From NCBI GenBank assembly GCA_021833245.1, contig JAKBGA010000001.1:7466-71465 (forward strand): DNA of 64,000 bases, written 5' to 3'. Shown one piece after another: positions 9,578 to 19,426 of this stretch (position 1 is the first letter of the stretch; the number at the start of each line of letters is the position of its first letter). This stretch comes from a bacterium. Its GTDB lineage: Bacteria; Patescibacteriota; Minisyncoccia; Phycocordibacterales; Phycocordibacteraceae. A program made the translations under genes and the position numbers. Under the pieces are notes generated by a model. The model was not told where the DNA came from. It was given only the letters and a program-made list of their open reading frames with translations, and ran no database searches.

Positions 9578-10140
9578 TGGATATCGAGTGCTGCATTAAT
9601 TTCGGCAGCGATTTTTTCAGGTGACGGCTCGCCGTCCAACTCGATAATATCGCCACCCATACGAAACATTCTGATAACCGACTCGGTATGAGCATAATAT
9701 TCTTTCAAACGTTCGCTAACTACATTGTCATCGGCACGATCTTCGATTTCTTTGCGGAGAGCAAGGCGACGATGAATTTCTTTATCGGACACGCGCAGAT
9801 AAATGACTGAGAACAGCCGCTCGAGCCATACGAGAGATTCCTTAATAAGTTCTGCTTCGTGCAACTTACGGTTGAATCCGTCAAAGATGATGCTTGCGCC
9901 CTCGGGAAGTGCAAAAATGTCTTTCAAAAAAAGATAGGTTGGGAGCCACGATGGCATGAGAAGCCCGGCATCCATCTGGTGTTTCATCTTCCGCCCTACA
10001 GATGTGTCGAGCGCCGCCATCGCCCGGAGCGTGTCACCAGCTGACATGACTTTCCAACCAGTTTTATCCGCAAGAAACTTTGCCTGAGTCCCTTTCCCAC
10101 ATCCAGGTTTTCCAATGAAGAATATCGTTTTTGTTTCCAC
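9574..10140 (-). CDS. adk: adenylate kinase
   Basis: The P-loop GKPGCGKGTQA is present, and the gene overlaps the map start by 4 nt. Confidence 0.85.
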   Translation of the reverse strand: METKTIFFIGKPGCGKGTQAKFLADKTGWKVMSAGDTLRAMAALDTSVGRKMKHQMDAGLLMPSWLPTYLFLKDIFALPEGASIIFDGFNRKLHEAELIKESLVWLERLFSVIYLRVSDKEIHRRLALRKEIEDRADDNVVSERLKEYYAHTESVIRMFRMGGDIIELDGEPSPEKIAAEINAALDIQ

Positions 10141-10279
10141 GAATTATACTTTAGCATTCTTCTGTAGAAGGTGGTAAGTACTGTGTCAAAGCGGTGTTGC
10201 ACCCGTTATTGATGCTGTACCGTTTATAAGTATTTGAAAAGTTGAGGTATGTGAATTAAGAACGGTTTTCGATTTGACT

Positions 10280-11554
10280 CTAATATTCACGAAGTGAGAC
10301 TTGGGCATCAATTTTTTGCGCGAGGTCGAGCGCAACCTGAACTGCAATAAGGAGCGCAGTGCCACCCAAGACAAGTGTCGTTATGCCGGTGAGGCCTTGT
10401 ATAATCGAAGGTGCTACAGCAAGAAGACCGAGGAAACAGGCTCCGGGAAGCGTAACACGATTCACCACCTTGCCTATATATTCTTCAGTTTCACGGCCTG
10501 GGCGCACACCGGGGACAAATGCACCAGTCTTCTGAAGATTTTCTGCAACGCGCTTCGGTTCAAACGTCACTGCAGTATAAAAATAAGTAAATAGCACCAC
10601 GAGCAGGAAATAGATTGTACCGTACTTCCATGGATTTGAAAGAAATGCGGTGTACCACAGTGCCGCGCTTGTCGCGAATGAGATATGTAACGCTCCAAGC
10701 ATTGAGAGCGCCATCTGCGGCAAAAGCAAAAGCGACAATGCGAAAATGATAGGTATCACACCTGCTTGCAGGAGCCGGATCGGCAAATAAGTCGCCGCAC
10801 CTTGTGAAAGCGCCGCGCCGCGTACTGCTCGCGCATATGCGATTGGTATTGAGCGCTCGGCGTCAGAGACAACCACGACCGCGTAAATCATTGCAAGCGC
10901 GAGCAGTATAAATGCGAGATATGCTGGAATGTTTGCCGCGGTTGAGGCAAAAAGCGTTTCTGAAATGCCGGAAGGTACTCGTGCAAGGATACCCGCGAGA
11001 ATTATAAGCGATACACCGTTACCGATACCGAACTCGGTCACAAGTTCACCGAGCCACATGAGAAGCAAGGATCCTGCGGTAACAAGTGCGATATTCGCGA
11101 TAAGTGCTACAGAGCCAAGGTGGCTTATCACATTTTGACCTTCAAGCAGAAATAGGAAACCAACGGCCTGCAGAACGGCAATTGGTATGGTAAGAAGACG
11201 ACTCCATTCGATAAATTTCGCGCGACCAGCCTCACCTTCCTCAAAATATGCTTGCTTTACTTGTGGAAACACCATGGTACCAAGCTGCATAATTATTGAA
11301 GCAGTGATGTAGGGCCCAACGCCGAGCATCACGATTGAGAGCTGGGAAAGACCGCCTCCTGAGAATATGTTCAAAAGACCAAAAAATTGGTTGTTTGCGA
11401 AAAAAGAAGCGAGTGCAATACGGTTGACACCTGGAATCGGAATCGCCGCAAGCAAACGAAAAAGTGCGAGTGCGCCAATAAGAAAAAATATACGAAAACG
11501 GATCTCGTGATCACCAAAAGAAAGCTTGAGTTTACGAATAAAAGAATTAAGCAT
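10280..11554 (-). CDS. secY: preprotein translocase subunit SecY
   Basis: Ten TM helices follow a conserved N-terminus (MLNSFIRKLKLSFGDHEIRFRIFFLIGALALFRLLAAIPIPGV). The start is refined to the Met at codon 71 of the 494-aa ORF, since the upstream extension is not SecY-like. Confidence 0.85.
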   Translation of the reverse strand: MLNSFIRKLKLSFGDHEIRFRIFFLIGALALFRLLAAIPIPGVNRIALASFFANNQFFGLLNIFSGGGLSQLSIVMLGVGPYITASIIMQLGTMVFPQVKQAYFEEGEAGRAKFIEWSRLLTIPIAVLQAVGFLFLLEGQNVISHLGSVALIANIALVTAGSLLLMWLGELVTEFGIGNGVSLIILAGILARVPSGISETLFASTAANIPAYLAFILLALAMIYAVVVVSDAERSIPIAYARAVRGAALSQGAATYLPIRLLQAGVIPIIFALSLLLLPQMALSMLGALHISFATSAALWYTAFLSNPWKYGTIYFLLVVLFTYFYTAVTFEPKRVAENLQKTGAFVPGVRPGRETEEYIGKVVNRVTLPGACFLGLLAVAPSIIQGLTGITTLVLGGTALLIAVQVALDLAQKIDAQVSLREY

Positions 11555-11999
11555 GGATGGTACCGAGAGCGGCAAGAAGTACGGTACGTGCAGCAGTAGA
11601 TACATCGCATCCCTCAATAATGAGAGCCTTCGTGAGAATACCAGTGCCGAGAATTTTAACGATTGGTGTACGCCCTTTTGCGCGGCGAACAAGCCCCTTC
11701 GCAAGAAGAGTCTTAGGTGAGACCATTTCACCAGTTTCGTAGGCAGCTTCAAGAACAGAAACATTCACAACAGAAGTCGGTATTCGATTCGTCCGAACTG
11801 TACGTGCACGATTTTTCCCGTAACCCCGACGCTTGGGGACTTTCTTTATGAAATCGCGAGCTTCTGGACGAATCTTGTGTCCAGCACGCGCAGTCTGTCC
11901 CTTGCCACCTCGTCCGCTCGTTTTGCCACGTTTACCACCTCGTCCAACGGGTGGATTTTTTTTATTTCTTTTGTGTGGAGAAAGTGTATGGAGTTGCAT
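11547..11999 (-). CDS. rplO: 50S ribosomal protein L15
   Basis: The Gly/Arg-rich N-terminus (GRGGKRGKTSGRGGKGQ) is typical of L15. It sits immediately downstream of S5, with no L30 gene between them. Confidence 0.85.
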   Translation of the reverse strand: MQLHTLSPHKRNKKNPPVGRGGKRGKTSGRGGKGQTARAGHKIRPEARDFIKKVPKRRGYGKNRARTVRTNRIPTSVVNVSVLEAAYETGEMVSPKTLLAKGLVRRAKGRTPIVKILGTGILTKALIIEGCDVSTAARTVLLAALGTIHA

Positions 12000-12017
12000 A
12001 TATATTATGTATAGAGA

Positions 12018-12656
12018 TTATTTTGCACGAAGCTTTTTCAAGGCAACAACAGTTGCGCGCGCAATAGTGAGTTTATTCTTAGAGCGTGTGTGAATTTTTG
12101 TTACAACGTCCGTTACGCCAGCGAGATCGAGCACCGTACGTACCGCCGACCCAGCAACGAGTCCACGACCTTCAGAGGGAATAATCTCAACCGTCGAAGA
12201 CGCGTATTTCGCTAAAACCTGATGTGGGATCGATCCTGAGGATGCGCGTGGAACCGTAAAAAGATGTTTCTTTGCGTCACGCATCGCTTTATCTATAGCA
12301 AGAGCGGTATCAACGCCCTTCCCTAAACCTACTCCAACGCGACCTTTCCGGTCACCGATAATTACCACAAGACTAAAGTTAAAACGACGGCCGCCGGCCA
12401 TTACGCGCGCTACACGTCGCGCATCAATCGTTACCTGTTCAAACTCGCCACGTTCACGTTGTGGACGACCGCGTCCACCGCTAGCACGTGGCGCGCGACC
12501 CCGTAGAGACACACGGCCGCCAGCACGCGCGGACGACACGCGTGCTGCGGACGCGCTGGTCTCAGCAGCGGTAGAAATTGTCTCAACGACTACCTCCTCC
12601 GCCACCGGTGGCATACCTTCTGCATCTTGTGTGGTCTTTTGTTCCGAAATAGTCAT
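12018..12656 (-). CDS. rpsE: 30S ribosomal protein S5 (with N-terminal extension)
   Basis: GRRFNFSLVVIIGDRKGRVGVGLGKG...AVRTVLDLAGV are conserved S5 segments. Confidence 0.9.
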   Translation of the reverse strand: MTISEQKTTQDAEGMPPVAEEVVVETISTAAETSASAARVSSARAGGRVSLRGRAPRASGGRGRPQRERGEFEQVTIDARRVARVMAGGRRFNFSLVVIIGDRKGRVGVGLGKGVDTALAIDKAMRDAKKHLFTVPRASSGSIPHQVLAKYASSTVEIIPSEGRGLVAGSAVRTVLDLAGVTDVVTKIHTRSKNKLTIARATVVALKKLRAK

Positions 12657-12667
12657 AGAGAGGTATA

Positions 12668-13018
12668 TTAGAAAACGAGACCGCCAGCGCGTGCAGCATT
12701 CGCAAGCACCTTAACCTGGCCATTATAATGATAACCACCGCGGTCGAAAACAATCGTTATAATACCAGCCGCCTTTGCCTTCTTTGCTATCATGGCGCCA
12801 ACGGATATGGCTTGTTCCGTTTGCGACCCATTAAACTCACGTCCGTGTGCTGCGGCAACCGTTTTCCCAACAACATCATCAATGAGTTGTGCGGAAACGT
12901 ACCGATTACTTCGGTATACTACGAGTCGCGGGCGTTCCGCTGTCCCTTTAATAAGGGCACGTATTCGCGCATGACGACGTTTACGAAATTCGCTGGTTGA
13001 TGTGGGTTTACGATTCAT
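12668..13018 (-). CDS. rplR: 50S ribosomal protein L18
   Basis: RKRRHARIRALIKGTAERPRLVVYRSNRYVSAQLIDD is the L18 N-terminal motif. Confidence 0.9.
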   Translation of the reverse strand: MNRKPTSTSEFRKRRHARIRALIKGTAERPRLVVYRSNRYVSAQLIDDVVGKTVAAAHGREFNGSQTEQAISVGAMIAKKAKAAGIITIVFDRGGYHYNGQVKVLANAARAGGLVF

Positions 13019-13027
13019 AAGTTATGT

Positions 13028-13558
13028 TTAGAGCGCCTTTTTGCCCTGCTTACGACGAATAACTTCATTATCATAACGAATACCCTTCCCGAGATACGGT
13101 TCTGGTGGTTTTACACGTCTGATATTTGCGGCAAATTGCCCAACCGAATCCTTGTTTGTGCTCTCGAGCTTAATAGCGTTCTTCTCAACTGTCGCTGTGA
13201 TACCTTCTGGTATCACAAGTGGCACTGTGTGCGAGAAACCGACCGAAAGTACTATCTCCTTCCCTTTTACTTCCATTTTATAACCAACGCCCTCGAGAAT
13301 GAGTTTTTTCACGTACGGTGTTTCGACTCCCGTAATCATGTTTTTAACGTGCGACGCGAAAGTTCCGGTAAGTTGTTTAGCGAGGCGAGATCGGTCTCTT
13401 GGCGTGACCAAAACTCCGGTCGGTTCAATAGCAATTTCAATCGAAGGGTGTATGCGTTTGGTCAGCGTTCCCTTGGAACCCTTGACTGTCAGCACACCTC
13501 CAGTCACTGAAACATCAGTCTTCCCTACTGCTATTGGTTTTTTCGCAAGTCGGCTCAT
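13028..13558 (-). CDS. rplF: 50S ribosomal protein L6
   Basis: MSRLAKKPIAVGKTDVSVTGGVLTVKGSKGTL is the L6 start. It was refined to the Met at codon 9. Confidence 0.9.
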   Translation of the reverse strand: MSRLAKKPIAVGKTDVSVTGGVLTVKGSKGTLTKRIHPSIEIAIEPTGVLVTPRDRSRLAKQLTGTFASHVKNMITGVETPYVKKLILEGVGYKMEVKGKEIVLSVGFSHTVPLVIPEGITATVEKNAIKLESTNKDSVGQFAANIRRVKPPEPYLGKGIRYDNEVIRRKQGKKAL

Positions 13559-13575
13559 GGTGAATATGTCTTGTA

Positions 13576-13974
13576 TTACCAAATCTCGAAAAGCTCTTCG
13601 CCGCCAATATGATTCTTGCGCGCGTCAGCGTCTGAGATAACGCCCACTGGGCTCGAAATAATGCGTGCTCCTGTACCACCCTTCACACGATGTACGGCAG
13701 TATAAGGTGCATAGAGTCGACGCCCGGGCTTACTTATACGTTTTACGCCGCGTAACTTTGCCCGATCATGTTCATCGTATGTAAGTGTTACGATAAGTGT
13801 TTTTTGGGGACCATCCTCTATGTCAACCTCAGTGGTCATTAAAAATCCGAGCTCTTTGAGTTTCTTCGCGATGGCAGCAATGTGTGCGGAATATGGCACC
13901 GATACTTCACGCTTACCGATGTGGGCAGCATTTTGGAGACGTATGATGAAGTCACCGACGCGGTCGTTTACCAT
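13576..13974 (-). CDS. rpsH: 30S ribosomal protein S8
   Basis: [29 protein letters not shown] is the S8 N-terminus. Confidence 0.9.
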   Translation of the reverse strand: MVNDRVGDFIIRLQNAAHIGKREVSVPYSAHIAAIAKKLKELGFLMTTEVDIEDGPQKTLIVTLTYDEHDRAKLRGVKRISKPGRRLYAPYTAVHRVKGGTGARIISSPVGVISDADARKNHIGGEELFEIW

Positions 13975-14237
13975 GATGCTTTCTTAATGCCCGGAATCTT
14001 ACCTTCTCGCGCAAGTTCTCTGAATTGGATGCGCGAAAGACCGAATGTTCGCATGTAACCGCGCGAACGGCCAGTAATTGAGCAGCGATTTTTCAGACGC
14101 ACAGGGGAAGAATTTCTCGGAAGCTTCTGAAGACCCGCAGAATCGCCAACCAGCTTCAAAGCTGCACGCTTTGCAGCGTACTTCTTCACGAGTTTCGCCT
14201 TCTTTGCATATCTTGCCAGCTGAGATCTTTTTGCCAT
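13968..14237 (-). CDS. rpsN: 30S ribosomal protein S14
   Basis: [28 protein letters not shown]...[28 protein letters not shown] is an S14 sequence. Confidence 0.85.
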   Translation of the reverse strand: MAKRSQLARYAKKAKLVKKYAAKRAALKLVGDSAGLQKLPRNSSPVRLKNRCSITGRSRGYMRTFGLSRIQFRELAREGKIPGIKKASW

Positions 14238-14742
14238 AAAAAATAAAGCTCCGAAGAGCGTATGAGTACTGTATCACTCCATATCTACGCCGTCAAACAT
14301 TTGTGCGAATCCGGTACTTTTGAGTATTTTCGCTCTGGTAATTTACCAAAAATAACGCAATAGAGACACGAGTTCAAGGCTCAATGCGGACCAATGGATG
14401 GTTTTATACCTATACCATGAAAGAGAATCCATCAACTTCTTGTTGAAGAGGTCAGTACTATGGGGAATACGGCGAACGGTGATATGTGATGAACATATCG
14501 AAGAAAGTGCAATAAACCACACGATCTCAGTATTCTGTTTGGTAGAGTGCTAATACGTGTTGAAGGTGCATATATCTCACCGATTAATAAGCGCCGTACA
14601 GAAATGAGTGATTGTCAGTGATGCACAAAATAGTGAGACGCGAGACATATGCAGGAGACGAAAAGCCCAATAACCTATTGTTCTCAATATTCTGCAATTA
14701 TATTCTTATAAACTACAAATTACCTTGAAGACCCTATATAGA

Positions 14743-15297
14743 CTATTTCTTAGCCGTACTCGGTTCAGCTATAAGCGGCATGCCGATGTGACGAAAAAAA
14801 GCTTCAGCTTCAGCCTTCGTATGCGCCGTGGTAACAATGGTGACAGCGAAACCGAAGACATCCTTTAGGTCTTCATCGGAAGTCTCTGGAAAAATCGTAT
14901 GTTCTTTGACGCCAATAGTGAGGTTACCCATATCATCGATCGCTTTCGCAGAAAGACCGCGAAAATCACGCGTGCGTGGAAGCGCAACGTGAATAAGCTT
15001 ATCAAGAAAATCGAACATACGTGCACCTCGGAGCGTTACTTGCAGGCCGACTGTATCGCCCGCACGCACTTTGAAGGAAGCAATGGAAATGCGCGCGGGG
15101 CGCGAAGACGGTTTTTGCCCCGTAATTCTCGCGAGACGGTTTTCGATAATCTCGACTTGTTTTTTATCACGCTTTTTCCCTACACCAGAAGAGACGATCA
15201 TCTTAAGAACACGAGGGCTCTGCATCGGACTCGTGTAGCCAAAGATTTCCTTGAGGGCGAGATATGCTGTTTGTTGTTTTTGTTTGGTAAGAGACAT
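14743..15297 (-). CDS. rplE: 50S ribosomal protein L5
   Basis: MIVSSGVGKKRDKKQVEIIENRLARITGQKP is the L5 signature. Confidence 0.9.
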   Translation of the reverse strand: MSLTKQKQQTAYLALKEIFGYTSPMQSPRVLKMIVSSGVGKKRDKKQVEIIENRLARITGQKPSSRPARISIASFKVRAGDTVGLQVTLRGARMFDFLDKLIHVALPRTRDFRGLSAKAIDDMGNLTIGVKEHTIFPETSDEDLKDVFGFAVTIVTTAHTKAEAEAFFRHIGMPLIAEPSTAKK

Positions 15298-15300
15298 GTT

Positions 15301-15519
15301 TTATTTTTCCATTCGCTTTACATTTGACACATGGATCGGCCTAGACTTCTCAACGATACGTCCAACTTTCCCCGTGCCACCTTTTAAGTGACGTTTATAT
15401 AACGCCACACCCTCGACTATAATCTTATCCTCGCGAGGGAAAGCACGCATAATAACACCGGACTTGCCCTTGTCTTTCCCTGTTATTATTTGCACCTTAT
15501 CTCCTTTTTTTACATGCAT
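15301..15519 (-). CDS. rplX: 50S ribosomal protein L24
   Basis: [23 protein letters not shown] is the L24 KOW start. It was refined to the Met at codon 22. Confidence 0.85.
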   Translation of the reverse strand: MHVKKGDKVQIITGKDKGKSGVIMRAFPREDKIIVEGVALYKRHLKGGTGKVGRIVEKSRPIHVSNVKRMEK

Positions 15520-15542
15520 ATATAAAGAAATTAACGTAATGA

Positions 15543-15926
15543 CTATACGACTTCTGGCGCTAAGGAAACGATGGAATGCCAACCACGCTCGGACAACTCA
15601 CGTGGCACAGGACCAAAGATACGATTCCCCTTGGGCCCCATTTCCTTACCCTGTTTCTCGATGAGAACGACTGCGTTCTCATCGAAACGAACATATGAGC
15701 CATCCTTACGTGCAAAAGGTTTTGTCTGTCGAACAACAACGGCACGATAGATGTCCTTTTTCTTAACTGCCTTGCGTGGTTCAGCGGTCTGAATGGAAAT
15801 AACAACAACATCCCCAATGCCAGCGTAACGACGTTTGGATCCGCCAAGTACTTTGAAAACTCTAGCGAATTTACCGCCAGAATTATCCGCAACTGCCACG
15901 ATAGATCGGTCCTGTAACATACTCAA
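15543..15926 (-). CDS. rplN: 50S ribosomal protein L14
   Basis: [21 protein letters not shown] is the L14 signature. The start may be the second Met at 15920. Confidence 0.9.
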   Translation of the reverse strand: MSMLQDRSIVAVADNSGGKFARVFKVLGGSKRRYAGIGDVVVISIQTAEPRKAVKKKDIYRAVVVRQTKPFARKDGSYVRFDENAVVLIEKQGKEMGPKGNRIFGPVPRELSERGWHSIVSLAPEVV

Positions 15927-16186
15927 TTACCAATAATTACTTTCTCATTAATAATACGGAAGTGTTTTGATTTTGAGATCGGCCGCGTTGCCACTATAGT
16001 AACCGTATCACCAACTTGCACCGTGTTGCCGGGATTGTGCACAAGATATTTCTTAGATCGCACAAGATATTTCTTGTACTTAACATTTTTCACGTAACGA
16101 TCAACCTTGACGGTTGCCGTATCTTTCATCGCTGTCTTAACAACGACGCCGACAAATGACTGGGGGCGAGTAATTTTTTGTTCCAT
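15923..16186 (-). CDS. rpsQ: 30S ribosomal protein S17
   Basis: FVGVVVKTAMKDTATVKVDRYVKNVKYKKY is an S17 sequence. Confidence 0.9.
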   Translation of the reverse strand: MEQKITRPQSFVGVVVKTAMKDTATVKVDRYVKNVKYKKYLVRSKKYLVHNPGNTVQVGDTVTIVATRPISKSKHFRIINEKVIIGN

Positions 16187-16192
16187 ACGATT

Positions 16193-16393
16193 TTAGACGG
16201 ATTTCAGCACACGAATATGTTGTTCGGTCAGTACGCGAGCAATCGTTGCGCGCAGTCTTCGTGCAGCGTTCGGATTCTTGGCGCGTGCACCAGCTGCAGA
16301 AAAACGCTCGGCGCGAAGCAGGGCACGCGTCTCAATAAGAAGCTTATTGAGTTCCTGGTCAGTTTTCATTGTCATATTATCTCTTTTTGTCAT
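16193..16393 (-). CDS. rpmC: 50S ribosomal protein L29
   Basis: A 66-aa helical protein with ELNKLLIETRALLRAERF, in the expected operon position. Confidence 0.85.
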   Translation of the reverse strand: MTKRDNMTMKTDQELNKLLIETRALLRAERFSAAGARAKNPNAARRLRATIARVLTEQHIRVLKSV

Positions 16394-16414
16394 ACAAATA
16401 CTATAAAAGCAAAT

Positions 16415-16834
16415 TTAACGTGCAATGATTGCAGTTTTTATTGGCAGTTTCATACCTGCTTGCCGCAAATATGCACGAGCAATATTCTCAGGGACCCCAT
16501 CGATCTCGAAGAGGATACGTCCAGGGCGTACCTCAAACACGTAATGCTTCGGATCACCCTTACCGCTACCCATGCCAACTTCAGCTGGCTTTGCGGTCAC
16601 TGGACGATCAGGAAAAATGCGGATGGAAAGTTTTCCTGTTTTTGCAGTCGCACGTGTAAGTACCTTACGTACTGACTCGATCTGATTACTAGTCACACGC
16701 GCACTCGAGAGCGCCTTAAGTCCAAATGAGCCAAAAACAATAGTTGTGCCACGCGTATCTGGACGATTCAAACGTTTTGCGCTCTTGCGCTGAGTCTGCC
16801 ATTTACGATGTTTTACTTTTTTAGGAAATAACAT
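16415..16834 (-). CDS. rplP: 50S ribosomal protein L16
   Basis: MLFPKKVKHRKWQTQRKSAKRLNRPDTRG is the L16 N-terminus. Confidence 0.9.
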   Translation of the reverse strand: MLFPKKVKHRKWQTQRKSAKRLNRPDTRGTTIVFGSFGLKALSSARVTSNQIESVRKVLTRATAKTGKLSIRIFPDRPVTAKPAEVGMGSGKGDPKHYVFEVRPGRILFEIDGVPENIARAYLRQAGMKLPIKTAIIAR

Positions 16835-16843
16835 ACAAAAATA

Positions 16844-17548
16844 TTATCCACGAGAAGGCGCCCCCTCCTGTATACGAACCGAAGTTTTCTTCTCCTGGTA
16901 TACGTTACCTCGGTAAATCCACACCTTAATACCAATAACACCGTAAGGTAAATACGCCTGTTCATGTGCAAAATCTATATCTGCACGGAACGTTTGTAGT
17001 GGAATACGACCCTTCTTAAGCTCCTCTTTACGGCTCATTTCCGCTCCGCCAAGCCTTCCTGAAATTGCGATACGCACTCCCTCAACCTCACGCACGGCTA
17101 TAACCTTTTCTATCGTCTGTTTAAGTACCCGACGAAATGGCATGCGCTTCTCGAGCCCTTCAGCAACCATGTAGGCAACTACGGAGGCGTCCGTTTCAGG
17201 TTGTCGTACTTCAACGATATCGAATTTGAGAGTTCGACGGTCGGTCGGCGCAATACGGCGCACAAGATTCAAGAGTTCTGTGCGCAACTTGGCCGCGTTT
17301 TCACCAGAACGTCCAATAACGAGTCCGGGACGTCCGGTGGAAAGGACAACGCGTAATTCGTTTGCTGAACGCTCAATCTCGACGCCACTTGTATAAGTAC
17401 CACGCAAACGTTTCGTTAGGAAACGACGAATTAATTCATCTACCTTTATATTCTCGCGGTAACTTTTCTTATCCACAGCAAACCAACGACTTTTCCAGTC
17501 TCTGATGATACCGAGACGGTGCGCATAGGGATGTACGGTGTGCGTCAT
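16844..17548 (-). CDS. rpsC: 30S ribosomal protein S3
   Basis: A KH domain (GRSGENAAKLRTEL) and MTHTVHPYAHRLGIIRDWKSRWFA identify S3. Confidence 0.9.
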   Translation of the reverse strand: MTHTVHPYAHRLGIIRDWKSRWFAVDKKSYRENIKVDELIRRFLTKRLRGTYTSGVEIERSANELRVVLSTGRPGLVIGRSGENAAKLRTELLNLVRRIAPTDRRTLKFDIVEVRQPETDASVVAYMVAEGLEKRMPFRRVLKQTIEKVIAVREVEGVRIAISGRLGGAEMSRKEELKKGRIPLQTFRADIDFAHEQAYLPYGVIGIKVWIYRGNVYQEKKTSVRIQEGAPSRG

Positions 17549-17558
17549 AATTCTAAAT

Positions 17559-17879
17559 TTAAACGAGTGTGACTTTCACACGACTTTTCCGACGGCGGAT
17601 GAGTGAGGCGCGACCGAAAGCACGAGGCATATATTTTTTCAATATGCCAGCATTTTCAACCGTAATTGACTGTACTGTCATTTCATTAGGATCCTTACCT
17701 TTTTCCTTTGCATTCGCCGCCGCACTCCTGATAAGTTTCTCAATGGGTTCAGCTGCACGCTTCGGAAGAAACTGAAGAATCGTGAGCGCTGCCGGGATTT
17801 TCTTTCCTTTCACGAGATCCGTAACGAGACGGACTTTGCGCGGTGTTTGATTATAACTCTGGAGAATTGCTTGTGTCAT
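17559..17879 (-). CDS. rplV: 50S ribosomal protein L22
   Basis: PRKVRLVTDLVKGKKIPAALTILQFLPKRAAEPIEKLIRSAAANA is an L22 sequence. Confidence 0.9.
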   Translation of the reverse strand: MTQAILQSYNQTPRKVRLVTDLVKGKKIPAALTILQFLPKRAAEPIEKLIRSAAANAKEKGKDPNEMTVQSITVENAGILKKYMPRAFGRASLIRRRKSRVKVTLV

Positions 17880-17888
17880 ACAAAAATA

Positions 17889-18233
17889 TTACTTCGCGGT
17901 AGACGTAACAGATGTCTTTGCCGCCTTTGCTGAAGCAATCTCTGCCTTCTGCTTCTTCTGCTCCATTTCTTTCTGCATCTTGCCTCCATGACGAATAAAC
18001 TTTTTAGTTGATGAAAATTCACCGAGACGATGCCCGACCATTTCCTCGGAAACAAGTACCTCGAGATGCTGTTTACCATTATGAACGCCAAAAGTAAATC
18101 CAATCATGTCGGGGCTTATTTGACTTCGGCGTGCCCACGTCTTAATAACGCCTGCCGATGCAGGTTTCGCATTCAAGACCTTCTTCAGGAGCTTAGCATC
18201 CACGAAAGGTCCTTTTTTAAGTGAGCGAGCCAT
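17889..18233 (-). CDS. rpsS: 30S ribosomal protein S19 (Lys/Ala-rich C-terminal tail)
   Basis: [19 protein letters not shown]...[35 protein letters not shown] is an S19 sequence. The start was refined to the Met at codon 37 of a TTG-initiated ORF. Confidence 0.9.
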   Translation of the reverse strand: MARSLKKGPFVDAKLLKKVLNAKPASAGVIKTWARRSQISPDMIGFTFGVHNGKQHLEVLVSEEMVGHRLGEFSSTKKFIRHGGKMQKEMEQKKQKAEIASAKAAKTSVTSTAK

Positions 18234-18387
18234 GTGAAGTAATGAAAAGCCCGCGCAAGCGCGAGACAAGTAAAAGATACAGGAATGTTGCAAACCCGTC
18301 AAATATTTGTATTCGTCTACACAATACCTGTCCATATACAATATTAATTGTGTACGCTACATCACCTTTTGGATATACTTATAATGT

Positions 18388-19101
18388 GTGAGAAAACTTG
18401 CAATAAGTACTGTCGCAATTACCCTCGTCATCCTTGTCGGGATCGGGCTTTATTTGTCAGTAAAGCCCATATCCACAAAAACACCAGAGGTTACCTTACC
18501 CGTGGGAGGAAGTTACAGTGAACATACAAAATATTACGATATCGCTACGAATTATCCGGTAACCACGTCACTCGCTGGAACCGCAAACGGTCCTGCACTC
18601 GTACTAATACGAAGTTTTATCGGCCAAACCATAAAACAGTTCAAAACTAGTTTCACTGCCTTTGCTCGGGGGCGTAAGAGCGCGCTCCAGATCACCTATC
18701 TCATCGGTTCCTCTATAAACACACTCTCGTACATATTTACCGTCTATGAAAATATCGGTGGAACACACAGCATGTTTTTCCACACATTTGTGTTCGATAC
18801 CACAACTGGACAGAATCTTTCACTCGCAGATCTCTTTCTACCTGGCACCCATTACCTAGACACACTCTCCCAGATAAGCCGTGCTGAATTGCCAACTGTC
18901 ATCGGTATCGGTGCAACAGACCTCGCTACCATCACCAGCGGCACGAAACCATACGAGAAAAATTTTTCGGACTTCTTTTTTGATAACAATGACTTCGTTC
19001 TTCTGTTCCCACCTTATCAAGTAGCCTCCTATGCGGCAGGTCCACAAACATTGCGTATACCACTTCAGAAACTTTCCAGTATTCTGAAATCAAAATATTA
19101 A
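18388..19101 (+). CDS. membrane-anchored DUF4163/DUF3298 (RsiV anti-sigma-factor extracellular domain-like) protein
   Basis: An N-terminal TM anchor is followed by the C-terminal FPPYQVASYAAGPQ motif characteristic of DUF3298. It has a GTG start. It lies opposite-strand between rplB and rpsS, with a hairpin plus T-run immediately downstream (about 19108-19131). Confidence 0.6.
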   Translation: MRKLAISTVAITLVILVGIGLYLSVKPISTKTPEVTLPVGGSYSEHTKYYDIATNYPVTTSLAGTANGPALVLIRSFIGQTIKQFKTSFTAFARGRKSALQITYLIGSSINTLSYIFTVYENIGGTHSMFFHTFVFDTTTGQNLSLADLFLPGTHYLDTLSQISRAELPTVIGIGATDLATITSGTKPYEKNFSDFFFDNNDFVLLFPPYQVASYAAGPQTLRIPLQKLSSILKSKY

Positions 19102-19150
19102 ACACAGAATCCCCGTCTGGACGAGGATTCTTAAATTCTAGAGAATTTTT

Positions 19151-19363
19151 TTACTTTTCTTCTTGAAAAGACGGCTCAGAACCTGTTTCAAGAGATCTCA
19201 AATAACAGCGGGCATCCGGTCTGCAGTGATAAATGAAAACCGTTATTTTTTTTTCATCTTCTACGCTAATCTCAGTATATCCGTCTTTTAGAGCAACTTC
19301 TTTCCGACATGCTGAAGATGCACATACTATTACTCTTTCAAGAGCAAGGGTGAGTACGTTCAT
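19151..19363 (-). CDS. small hypothetical Cys-containing protein (possible ORF between rplB and rpsS)
   Basis: A 70-aa ORF with two CxxxC/CxxxxxC pairs. It is on the same strand as the ribosomal genes and shows no homology I can recognise. Confidence 0.25.
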   Translation of the reverse strand: MNVLTLALERVIVCASSACRKEVALKDGYTEISVEDEKKITVFIYHCRPDARCYLRSLETGSEPSFQEEK

Positions 19364-19426
19364 GGCAATACCCCTCCATGTCTACCTTCTACGGATTAAG
19401 GATAGCACCAAATTTAAGGACTGAAT

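Noticed and set aside
16178-16675. 165-aa plus-strand ORF antisense to rpmC/rplP, and similar antisense ORFs inside tuf, fusA, secY, rplB, the helicase and others
   Set aside because: They are entirely contained within well-supported conserved genes on the other strand and have no motifs.
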